A DNA stretch of 64,000 nucleotides from Balanoglossus misakiensis (Eukaryota > Animalia > Hemichordata), in NCBI GenBank assembly GCA_040954595.2, contig CM082577.2, positions 4,216,305 to 4,280,304 of the forward strand. Direction: 5' to 3'. The translations under genes were made by a program, and so were the position numbers. Positions 53,107 through 64,000 of this stretch are shown here, one piece after another. The notes under the pieces were generated by a model that worked only from the letters and a program-made list of their open reading frames with translations, did no database searches and was not told the DNA's origin. Numbering within the stretch: the first letter of the stretch is position 1; each line of letters opens with the position of its first letter.

Positions 53107-55109
53107 AAATCGTTGCTTCTCAGCCCAGTGTGCATTCGACAGCAATTGAATGCACGAGAGTGGAAATTGAAATTCATTACTTCGTCATGTTTTAAATTAT
53201 ACCCGCCAAATTGTGTGCATAGCTAGTATCCAAAGGCAAACGAATCCAATATTTGAAGCAAGCGGACAACACACGCGGCTGGATAGTAGACTACTGTTTG
53301 CACGACCATGTTAAATGTAGAGGGAAGTTGAACAGAATCTCGATCCAAGGACGTGGTTTGCATTCCAAACCAGATTTTAGTGTCCCGGGTAATACGTGAC
53401 AAAACTGCAATGCGACTTTTTGTTCCAAGTTTTTTTTTTCGTTTTATTCAGACATCCATTATTATGAGCTCCACAAGAAAAAAAGATAACCAACATCTGT
53501 TTGGCGTTGGTTGAACCTTTGGCCTACAGCAAAGTGGAGTGGAAATTTACCGTTTAATAGGTAATGAGTTTTGCAATGCTGGGCTGCCAATGTCTGCCAT
53601 CACGGATGCCAATGAGTTACTGCCCGAAAACCGCAACTTCGGGAGGCGATTTATGGCGATGACGTCACCCGAAATTCAAAACGTGGTAAAAATTTTAACG
53701 TGCCTTGGTCACGATTTTCCCATACGCACACTCTGTATAGTTCTGGTGAAAAAAGTCATAATATATGTGCTGTGACGCTCAAAACTTTTTGGGGAAAAAA
53801 TAATTTCTCTTCATTTGCGCAACGTTTGTATTTCAACTGCGTTTTACAATCAGCTCGTTAATTTCCAGGAAGAACCATTCCAAAAAACTTTGAGAGCCAT
53901 GTTTCTGTCATACGTGTATAGTGAGTCATTATCTTCCAATATTCTGCTGTTCCCCAACCAGGTGGACAACATAACACCCACACGCAGATATCGATGTCAC
54001 GTCTCATACATGCGCGTGTATTTATCAAATTGAATTTTCCTCCTTCAAATATGGACCCAATGAACCTATTGAAATTATTGCTTTTACAGAGAAGCTAAAT
54101 AATGATATTTGAAAACATCATATTATAACAGCAGTCTGTCTTATGTCGTCTTAAGGTTGACCGGTCATTGCCCTCTTCCTAGTTCATTGACAACAACATG
54201 ATGATTGTGCCCCTGAGCAGGAATATTCATTTCACCATACGTTACTTTCACATTTTCTGGGGACTTCCCAGGGTAACGTACCATAGTAATACATACACAC
54301 ATTGTATGTTTTATTTTCATTTTGCCAGTTTTAAACACAGCTGTTGACATCGTGTATGTGTAAATGCGAACCATGTTATATACATTTACGGTTCTATACC
54401 TCACCCCAACGTGACCGGAAGAAGGGCCGAGCCCACTCTGAAAATATGTGTGCACTCAGGCTGAATAATATACAAATCACACACACACACCCAGGAATGT
54501 TTGTCATCCCCTTCGGACATGAAAGTGGATAATCGCGCAAGAGAAGCAAATGATTTTAATAAATATTATTATCTATAATTGAACCGCACCTGCATGTCGT
54601 CATCCGTGATTTACACATGATATCAACACCTAGAACATTTTCGTGTGACGAGCAGAAATTATTCAACTTTTTTTTATTTATATGACTATTTATTTTTCTG
54701 TTCATGGTCGTTGTAATCAAATACTGCAGAAAGACGAATAACGTTGTCAAGGCAATGCGTTACGTATTATTTTCTATACTTAATTACGTTTATACTGAGT
54801 TTTGTCCATATTACTGTTGGCTCCACTCAAAATTCTGTCCAGACACGAACACATGTCGACTAGGACAAACAGGGCCTTTCTCACGTTTTCGGCCGCGTCC
54901 CCATGGCCCGATTGGGTGTAATGAGAACGGCTACTTTTCTTCAAGTTACCGACCTTGTGTGTTTGGCATTCATAAGAAAAATATTATTACGCACCGTGGG
55001 AGGCCGTCGTGATATGTGGAGGAACACATGCCGGCACGTACTACAGAGACGTTTATTACATTCTGCATGTACACATATGAAAGACATCGTTCATCCGATT
55101 TACAGCAGT

Positions 55110-55111
<2 letters not shown>

Positions 55112-55186
<75 letters not shown>
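55112..55186. repeat. (ATC)25 microsatellite
   Basis: Perfect trinucleotide tandem repeat. It produces the poly-S, poly-M and poly-D pseudo-ORFs. Confidence 0.97.
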
Positions 55187-56344
55187 GTTCGGACAAAGAA
55201 ATGAGAGAAAACCTATTTCCAATGTTCTCGCACGGGGAAATGGATTTGCATTTTGTTTTATAAATAACACAGTCGCGTTAGCATTTCCCTTGGCTATCAT
55301 TAACAACTATTTTTGGCCTTTCTCATTTTGTATATCCCCCGTGTTACCTTTTTGTAAATACTGCACAGTCACTAGAAGTAACTGCCTCTGTTATTACTCG
55401 ACACGTTCGGTAGGACGTGTCGAATGACAACAGTTGCGTACGTATCACCTGGTTTACACTTCATTGACGTATTTTTAAACAAAACTGATTTTACGAGTCT
55501 GCGCAAATGGCCATTTATATCTCCCCAATCGCGACCCAGTGCAGTGTCTGACTGATCAAGAGTGATGCTGGCGACATGCCAACGGGCGTGCCCTGCTCAC
55601 AGACTGCCGTGACTTGCAACAAAAATGAATGTGATGTGTGGAATCAATAGTTCATATTGCATTTAACCATCTATTTATATTCGCAGTATAAGATGTCACG
55701 ATATGATCTCTTGGCAGCGTATTTTATTTTATTTTTTTTCTAATAAAAGGCACTTTTAGACTTTTAGAATAAAAAGTGTGGACTAGAAAAACACAAAACA
55801 ATTATTGGACAAAAACACGCATGCCAGATTTATCGCTTTTTAAATGTTAACATTTTGCTTTGAAGAGACAGTATTTTATGGTATCTATAGTTTATTATCC
55901 TGAGGTAAACCAAAGCTATATCATGTCATGATGTGAGTGAATTAACAAAACGTGTGGACGATATCGCCCTCCGCAAATACTGAGGTGGGACTATCACTGT
56001 TCGTTCGTTTTGTGCGCACAACCTTGCCTCTCCAGAGGGCAGTGAGAGTAGGCATGCCATCGTCTTGACATGACCTCGTCTCTGAAAAGCCAAAGGTCAT
56101 TGACGGCGCCCTCTGGAGGCAACGCACAACCCACTCGGTCACACAGGCACACAGGTAACGGGTGCGGTTGTAGAGAGTGAAATCGAGACCCTGAATACGA
56201 ATGGAGACACACCGACCACTCAGGAATTTATATTCAGTTAAACGGATTTGAACCCTTACACAAATAAGTATTTGCATTGTTCGCAAAGTTCGCCACAGGT
56301 ACGTGATGTTTTGTTTTAGTTTCACCATGTCCATGGTTTCACAA

Positions 56345-56438
56345 TAACCCTGCATACAGGTCTGTGCATACGGCCTCCACCACAGTGGTGGTGGAGGTCG
56401 TGTAACGCCGGGAACACACAGACCTGTACGCAGAGCTA
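56345..56438. mobile_element. 94-bp MITE with 10-bp TSD (AcademH-like)
   Basis: TIRs TAACCCTGCATACAGGTCTGTG / TAGCTCTGCGTACAGGTCTGTG, internal hairpin CCTCCACCAC...GTGGTGGAGG, and TSD GGTTTCACAA at 56335-56344 and 56439-56448. Confidence 0.85.
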
Positions 56439-56466
56439 GGTTTCACAAGTACCTTGGCCGTTCAAG

Positions 56467-56504
56467 ATGACCAGGAAGCAAGATTCTAGTAAAATTTCCT
56501 TGAG
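56467..56504 (+). CDS. Candidate proximal first coding exon of the sulfotransferase (MTRKQDSSKISL-R)
   Basis: ATG at 56467 and strong donor GAG|gtaagg at 56505. Phase 2 joins in frame with the acceptor at 56737. Confidence 0.45.
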
Positions 56505-56682
56505 GTAAGGGGAGATGCGCCGCCAGTTCGGCCGTTTCTGTGGACAGCAGATCTGCTGTGCAAAATTTCCATGTTTTCTATGGGAATGAATTGTAGCTCA
56601 ACGGGCCAGCCAACTCACCACAGCTGTCAGTCAAACTGAACCCATCCCCACCCAGTCAATGATTCATTAATTGTTTTCAATT

Positions 56683-56730
56683 GATTCATTCATCCATCCA
56701 TTCTTTCATTCATTCATTCATTCATTCATT
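56683..56730. repeat. (CATT)n tetranucleotide repeat just upstream of the sulfotransferase acceptor
   Basis: gattcattcatccatccattctttcattcattcattcattcattcatt. Confidence 0.9.
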
Positions 56731-56736
56731 ACTCAG

Positions 56737-58045
56737 GGTGGACCCACACGAAACACACCAAGGAGTGAATGTCTTACAAGTAGCAAGAATGGCGCTGACA
56801 GACTATACGATAAGGATATCGAAATGTAAACACCTATATTCAGCCACAGGGATTTGCTTTGTAATTGGAATTTTAGTGCTTTACACGCAGCCAATCCAAT
56901 TCATCAACATTTCCATCCTGGGCAGCTACAGGAAAGCACCCGATCTCAATTGGCTTCGAAAGAACTTGAATAAACCCACGGAAGGTTCGAACAACCAGCA
57001 CGATGTTGTCAGAGTCCCCGAGTATGGCAGTTCGGACGATGATTCGGGCGAAGGGTGTTTGCAAGCATTGGACTGGTATCAGAAAAAGAGGAAGATCATC
57101 CAGAAGTGGTCGTTCTGCAGGGAGGAGTTTGACCTCCTGCGCAAATGTATGAAGTCGTCCGAAATGGGCGTGCGACCGCTCCCGAACTTCTATCTCAGGG
57201 ATGCCAACACCACCATCGTCGATCCTCTGTACGCAGAAGCCACAGTTGGGTTTGTGCACCTGCCGAAAAGTGGGGGGACGTCGGTGGAGGAATTTCTCAG
57301 CCCGATAGTTGGCACATGGGGAATTTTTTTTGGTACCCAGATGGGCGTTGCGCACTGCAACGAATTCACCTATGCAGTACAGACAGTTCAAAACTCGAAG
57401 AGTCGGTGGCTCTTCTACTCGAAACGAGTGTACGGACTCCATGAATTTGCGCCAAAACACAGACCTTTCATGTATATCACTTGGTTAAGGAAACCGGTCG
57501 ATCGTGTCGTATCAGCCTATCACTACATCAAGAAGACCAAACCAAACTACCACCACATGTATGAGAAGTACATTGTTCAGTCCAAGAATTTGACAGAATG
57601 TTTGCAGAAGATAGGAGGGAACCACGTGCCCGGGCTCGATAATTACTTCGTTCGGTTGCTGCAGTTCGGCGACCATCCGGACGTGGACGGAACGTACGAA
57701 GACTGTTGCGGCGCCATCTTGGCCAGTGACCCGACGGCAGCTCCCGCAATCGGGGAAGAACACTACCTGGTCGCCAGGGAGAATCTCAGGAAGAATATGG
57801 CGTTCGTCGGCATCATGGAGGAATTCAAGCTCTCTCAGGATATGCTGGGATATATCCTGGGCAAACCACAGCTGACTTCCGTCGTCGAAGTCAACACCAA
57901 CCCGCACAAAACGGTTCTCACCGACTTCGAGCAGAGGGAGATAGAGCGCATGAATTACTGGGATATGAAACTGTACGACGACGCCAAGGAGATCTTTGAA
58001 CGCCAAAAAGAAAGGTACCGCAAGATTACTAAACATGTAGTCTGA
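56737..58045 (+). CDS. Golgi type II membrane carbohydrate sulfotransferase (Sulfotransfer_2-type, heparan sulfate 6-O-sulfotransferase-like), main coding exon
   Basis: Acceptor actcag|G at 56736/56737 and in-exon ATG at 56789 (MALTD). TM segment ATGICFVIGILVLY, 5'-PSB motif FVHLPKSGGTS, 3'-PB motif WLRKPVDRVVSAYHY. ARENLRKNMAFVGIME and NYWDMKLYDDAKEIF resemble the HS6ST C-terminal region. Stop TGA ends at 58045. Confidence 0.85.
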
Positions 58046-61000
58046 CTCTGATGCAAAAAGAGTGACTTGTGTCCAAAATGCCAAGAAGTGACAATCGAAG
58101 ATTGCGAAGCACCAGGGAGGTACCTCCATGCAATGACTTGGTAACCCAAGCTTGGGTATCACAAATTTGACATTCATAAATGCCAGTTAAACGCCATGTT
58201 GTTACCATGTAGATTAGTGATTTTCAGGGTTGTGTGTCTTTTTTTAAATATTGAATGTCAATTCAACTCTTGCCGCGCAAAATTATATATGCAAAAAATT
58301 GCACACATCATCAGTATAATTTAAATAAGTGTTCGTAATGTGTCTGTGACAAGACTTTGCACGGGGTGGGGGTGGGGTTGGGAGGAATTTATCGTGTGAC
58401 ATCACAGCCATGGTAACTCGGGGAAGATTTTCTGTCATTTCTCCCTTAGCTATAGGGTAGATCGGGAAAATAATTCCATACATATGGATGTGACAGACGG
58501 TGTAAATGAAAACTTTGTTCATTTTTGAAGGTTTGAGTATTGTCTGAATATTTAACAAAGTAATAATATGTTATTTTAGCTATCACCTGGAAACTGTTAA
58601 AACACTGATCACACATAGGTCTCTTGGCAATCAAGCATGACATATACATGTATGTGGAAGGAAGTATGCATTATGTATGTATGTTTTATATGAGATTGAC
58701 TGAGAAGAGTAAGGGGCAGACTAAGAAGTGTAAGGGGCAAAGAAGGAACAGGAAGACAGCAGAGGCTAGAGGGTTTGGGATCTCCTCTCAAGGCCATGGT
58801 TGCTCTCATTGCACCGTTGGGTGCGGAATCTGTGCCGACTGATCAATAAAATCGCCATGATTGTTCAACTATGGAATCTGGTCTCCTGTCACTTGTTACA
58901 AAGGATTTATAACCTTTCTTTGAACTTTATAAAATGGCATGATTTCATTTTTACACACTCAACTGTAACGGGTTGACAGCCAAATATGTCAGTGACAATA
59001 CAGAAAAACTGCAGTTGATACACTATACAAAACGGCCTAGTGGTGGCGCTCTTGCCCTGGGTTTCTTCCACTCTCGGCACCGTCTTTGTGCAATAAGCTA
59101 TCGTTGGTGGCGTTAGTGAAAGCGTATGTGCGCAAGCTTGTACCTTTCGACAACGGGAAATTGCGAATATAAACAGGCAAAACAATTTCAAGACTTCACC
59201 TTGCAGTAAACATAGAATAATACTTTACAGCTGGGGGGTCTAAAAAGATGGGGTAAAATGCTGAGTCAGCACTTTTTTTGCAATTTCCTTTTAGAGTTTT
59301 CAACCAGTACGTGTTGTCGTTCATCGCGGTAATTTTTTTGTTTGCCTCAAAGTATAGTCCGACGGGAAACGATGAGACAGAAGAATTGGAGAGATTCTCT
59401 CGCACGTCCATGATACAAGGGACTTTATTTGTATACAGAGCCTTGATTGGTACAAAAGCTGCAGACAAAAGTTATCTGACTACAATGAGGCCTCAATGCA
59501 GTCTCTTTTAAAGACAGAGTAGACGAATTTGGACACGTTCGTCCTTGTCAAAGGTGACCCCTAAATGTAGCTGGTTTAAACGCTTTTCCGTCCTTTACTT
59601 CTTTAATAAAGGGGACACAAGCTCGGGTTTCTATAAAGCTGTTCATCTGTGTCCATATTGTGATGACGGACCCCAATCAATCATTTTCGCTCCTGAATTT
59701 ATAGATTGGGTAGTTTTACAGTGATATGAGACAATCTTAAGTTGAAAGTAAAATTGATTCCTGAGGCTAGTGAACATTGGGTGTTTGATCACGAACTTGA
59801 CCCTTCACATAAAGGCCGATAAAGTTTCCGTTCAAATTGTTAGATCTTTGAGATGTGATCCATCTGTAGCTCATTTGAGCCTATTCTTGCAGAACAAATC
59901 AATCAATGCGTGGAAAAAACCGCGTGTAACAGTAGCCACTGTCACAGACACTGAGGATTTCAAATCCTAACCGCATGGGCCTAATTCTTCGTGTTCTTTA
60001 CGTCACCCGACAAATCGTGACTCGTTATTTGGTCGTTCTGGTTACAGAAACGCCGGCATGTATAGCAATGTGCAATAAATAAAGCTTTATTGTGTCGACT
60101 GTGTAGACATTTTTGTTACACTTCTCGTTGTGGTCTGCAAAACTGCATAGTACCCCGTTGAACTTTAACGATTGGAACTGCTAGTGGCCTCTGACCCATG
60201 AACCGACAAAAAGTGGGACTGAATCCGACGTGTATGGAATATATTCTACAGGGGATTGGAATAAATTCTAAAGTAATCAAGAGAAAATGGGAGAAATGTA
60301 TCAGCAAGAGCAAAGGTTTTTAATTGTTTCGTTAAAATTATTGAAATGCAGAATATGTTATTTTAACAATAGTTGCAATGATTGATCGAGACACGTGACC
60401 TGTCCGACCAGGTTAGTACATGCGTTTCTTTAAAACGCGAGCAAACTAGTTACTCTTGCAGTCGAATTAATAAATTATCGAAGAAAAAAGATAACGAGCT
60501 GCTTACGAGTAAATAGGTAAACTCGAACGGAGTATTTAATATTGCAGTGCATACTAGTAATATAAGACATATCGCGTGCAAAAAGTGTCTAGGGCGATAT
60601 CAAGGTCGGCCAACTGATATATTCGGCCCTGGCCAATGGACAAAATTCCACGACATGTCCACCCGAATCAACAACAGTGGTTCACGGTCGAACATTGCAT
60701 GAATCCGCGCAAAAAACAGCCTAGCCAAGCACGGCTTGAATAACAATAGTGGGCACTCGCAACCTGAGACACACCCTCGACACACAATCCCATTGACGTC
60801 ATGCGGCAATACAAGGTGGGCAATAAAGAAAGCACATTTTTCGTTTGTAACTCCCAATCACCAAGGTCAACCAGGTATTAATCAGTTGCCGTGTTGGGAA
60901 TGCATTTTTTTATTGCTCGGCCTGGACGCTCGCACAGCAATAATAACTTTGTCAAGGTTTTCAAACTTGATCATGATAGCGTTCAGAAAACCAGCCCGGT

Positions 61001-61283
61001 AACAATAACTTCTCGCACAAAACAGTATATGTACCAAACAGGCGACTTAAGGACACCGCGTCTGTACCCTGGACGTGCGATATTTCAACCAAGCAAGAAC
61101 GTTGACATAGTTTGACCTATCGATTCATCAGCATTTTTTGAATTCCAGCAAGACGGTGCAAAGCTCAACTGTTTGATATACACAATCGATTTGTATGAAT
61201 TACAAACCCGACATGTACACAAACATTTACGAAGGGAGACACCACGGTAACCAAATAAAACCCTGTTGGTTCTCTTTTGGCAA

Positions 61284-61306
61284 TCTCTCTCTCTCTTCCT
61301 CCCTTC

Positions 61307-61339
<33 letters not shown>

Positions 61340-61349
61340 CCCTTCTCTC
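61284..61349. repeat. (CT)n microsatellite / pyrimidine tract
   Basis: Long CT dinucleotide run. Confidence 0.92.
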
Positions 61350-62272
61350 AACTAATAAAACGAATATTGAATCTCAAAAATGTCAACTTTCTCGATTTCC
61401 CTTCAGTGTGTAAGTGATATGACAATCCCCACCCTATACTCTAAATTCAAAGTATCAGTGGGTGTAACCATGGCTTTTAGCCAAATTTGAAAAATATATA
61501 CCCGCCGCTTCCTGGCGCCATCGTGTGCGCTCGGTAACATATTAGCTTCAAAACCAGAAACCTTTGACTTTTGAGTTAGTTGTTCAATATGCGATTATCA
61601 AGCTGTACAGTCATTATCACTCTGGTTTGACTGAGTCATGCGCACCTCCTTTCCAACATTCCACTGTTCTCCGAGTACAAACCTACTGTCTATGTACAAA
61701 CCACTCTGGTTATTATTATCACAATGAAGTCTAGCAAAATGAGCAATGAAATCCTGAAATTGGGTATGAATATGAGTTTCTTGGATTGTCGTTCACTGTG
61801 ACATAAATGTTCTACGTGTTGGCGCGCGTGTTTCGGAATACAATGTCATATTTTATTTGCAGACGCTCCGCAGTCGTGCCTGTCAATATACCTACTATTT
61901 GTCGGTAAACGCATAAGGTTTATATCTTCCACGCTCTATCATGTCAGTTTTATAGATAGCCTAAAGGCTGTCGTTTGGAACGTTTTTAAATGAAAGCACT
62001 CAAGCGGGCATGCACACGACATGCACGTAGGCCATTCGCGTGGCTATCGAAAAGACAAAGTTAAATTGGGCTTTAAGGGTTTCGACACGTTCAACTGTAT
62101 AAGTATATGTATAATTTCTTTCTCGTTCTCAATGCATTTCGGGTCACTGTACAGAAAATTATGTGGCCCTGTGTTTATATCCGTACAAAACACACTTCCT
62201 TTTACACAGTAAGCCCCAATACCGATATGTCATCGTTGTGTGGATGATGGGGTTGTGACTGTACATGTGTAT

Positions 62273-62363
62273 GAGAGAGAGAGGGGGGGGTGGGGTGGGA
62301 GGGAGAGGGGGCGTTAACTCTGTGTTGAGAGAGAGGGGGAGAGAGAGAAAGGGGGGGGGGGGT
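62273..62363. repeat. GA/G-rich low-complexity tract
   Basis: GAGAGA runs and multiple G-runs (G-quadruplex-compatible). Confidence 0.8.
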
Positions 62364-64000
62364 GTTGTGACTGTTTTGCCTCTAAACATAAAGCATAGTC
62401 AGAAACCATCCTAATAGGGGCTAACGGCCGACACTCGATGTCAGTGCTAAACCAGGTGCTGACACTCTTTACGTCCGCATCAGACAATTCTCCTTGGTTG
62501 GAACAGTAACACTGAATTCGAGGTTTTCTTGTTTTTTTCATGTTCACTCCATCCAATCGCAAAATTGAGCAGAATTGTCGGTGCCCTCAGCGGACAACCA
62601 TTTAGTCATAAAGTCATTGAACCTAAAACTAAAACAATGACGCGGAATTCGGACTCAGCGAGCCCGCGCCGATGACGTAAAACTATTGTTAGGAACTCGT
62701 GGAAATTGGCTTTAACCCAACCATGAGCCATTCAAACTATCTGAGCTGAATAAGGTAATTAAAACTGTTCAAATTAATGTAGCGTATAATGTCGAATTCG
62801 AGCTGCAACAAGTCAAAGTCGTTATAGAAGGGACTTTTAATTTCTTTGAGACTTGCCCAGTAAGTTTATGGGAACATGTCCGATATTCCCCGTGTGCAGA
62901 AGATAACTAAGCATTTAAAAGCAAAACACGTAATCATGCCAGACAGACTTCGTTGACCTTCATTAAAACAGAAGGTTCTTTAAAAATGGCGACCCCTTTT
63001 TAAAAACTATTCTATTTTATTTTACTCGTGCACGTCATATTTGAAAGGAAGAAGATTTGCTTCTCATTTGAAGGTATCGATAATTGGTGTTATTCCAGTC
63101 AATGAAGTGATCAAAAACACATGATTGTGAATTGTTAGCAAGACTTTTATTTGGCGGGAATGAGGATTTCTATTTCTATCGATCTGCGAACTCAAAGTAC
63201 GTGTAATTAACTAGTCATTGAACCCACACATTTGCAAGTCATAGAATCATCACCACAAGTGGTTCGCGGGATGTCACATGACGTCATCAGGATTAAATTA
63301 TCATATCAGAAATGTTCGAAAACAGGACACAATCTCCGCGGTTTTTATCGTCTGTACGAGATTTTTTTTAAATATACCCATGCTTCAAAAAAAAAACTCA
63401 ACGTCTAAATTATGCTCCGATCTTGTCTCTCGATCTCTTCCCTTGGTTTAGATGATACTAGTATTCTGTGATGTATGAAATTTGAAGAATCTGTGGACGT
63501 ACGTTGAGGCGGTAGATGCAAAACCTCTTGATCGCGCCATGCACCTAGACCCAGTTCGCTCCATGCACGGGGGGATAACATAGGTTACATACGTAAATGT
63601 TCATCTATGTTCTATGTCGAGCAAAAATAATGTTTCGGCGATAACCATTATTTGCCAGTTGTGTGCACACGGCCACGAGGATATTTGGTGGAGCTATTGT
63701 GATTATAGGGTCAATGATCCCCCTGAGATCGTTGCAGACTTTTTCTCTCTAGAAGCTTGAGGAATCAACATTTTCAACCACCTGTTAATGCTTAGTTTGC
63801 ATGTAAATACTAATAGATGTGCTTGCTATTGGTATCTTGTGAACATGTGATAGTATGTGGCAGCAAACCTCCTAGTACTAGCACGTTGCATTGATGACAT
63901 GCTCGAGGGCCAATAACGTACGGTAGGATAAAAGTTCATGCAAGTTTAACACCATTTGAAGTTTAAGTGAACTGGGTACAATTCCCAAATCCCTTCATGC

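Noticed and set aside
54903-55427. ORFs with poly-S, poly-M and poly-D
   Set aside because: They are translations of the (ATC)25 microsatellite with no coding context.
57512-58177. 221-aa and 195-aa antisense ORFs over the sulfotransferase
   Set aside because: Shadow ORFs of a GC-rich coding exon, with no recognisable domains.
60300-63600. CpG-rich stretch with donor-like sites (e.g. AAG|gtaatt at 62755) suggesting another gene start
   Set aside because: No coding exon or homology could be supported from the sequence alone.

Overview
Eukaryotic, intron-rich animal genomic DNA. Gene content and intron positions suggest an invertebrate deuterostome, possibly a hemichordate (inference only). 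By manually splicing GT/GC-AG junctions I can reconstruct seven genes: the 3' end of beta-mannosidase (MANBA, +); a complete 30-exon ABCC1/MRP1-type transporter (-, 1543 aa, one GC-AG intron); a compact TIR + death-domain gene (-, about 348 aa); ATAD5/ELG1 (-, 17 exons, 1894 aa); an RNF151/RNF41-like RING-TRAF-zinc-finger E3 ligase with an acidic Ser-rich tail (+); MGRN1/RNF157 (-); and an HS6ST-like Golgi sulfotransferase (+). Several MITE families with clear TIRs/TSDs and microsatellites sit in introns and intergenic DNA. The most striking observation is the TIR-DD gene. Its domain order is the inverse of MyD88, and when spliced it ends in GKCCCCIL*, a CaaX prenylation plus palmitoylation signal split across a tiny last coding exon and invisible in the ORF track, which suggests a lipid-anchored innate-immune/cell-death adaptor. 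Second is a pair of candidate microexons (23 + 25 nt) in MGRN1 that keep the frame only when included together. All gene models are hand-derived and need RNA-seq confirmation.
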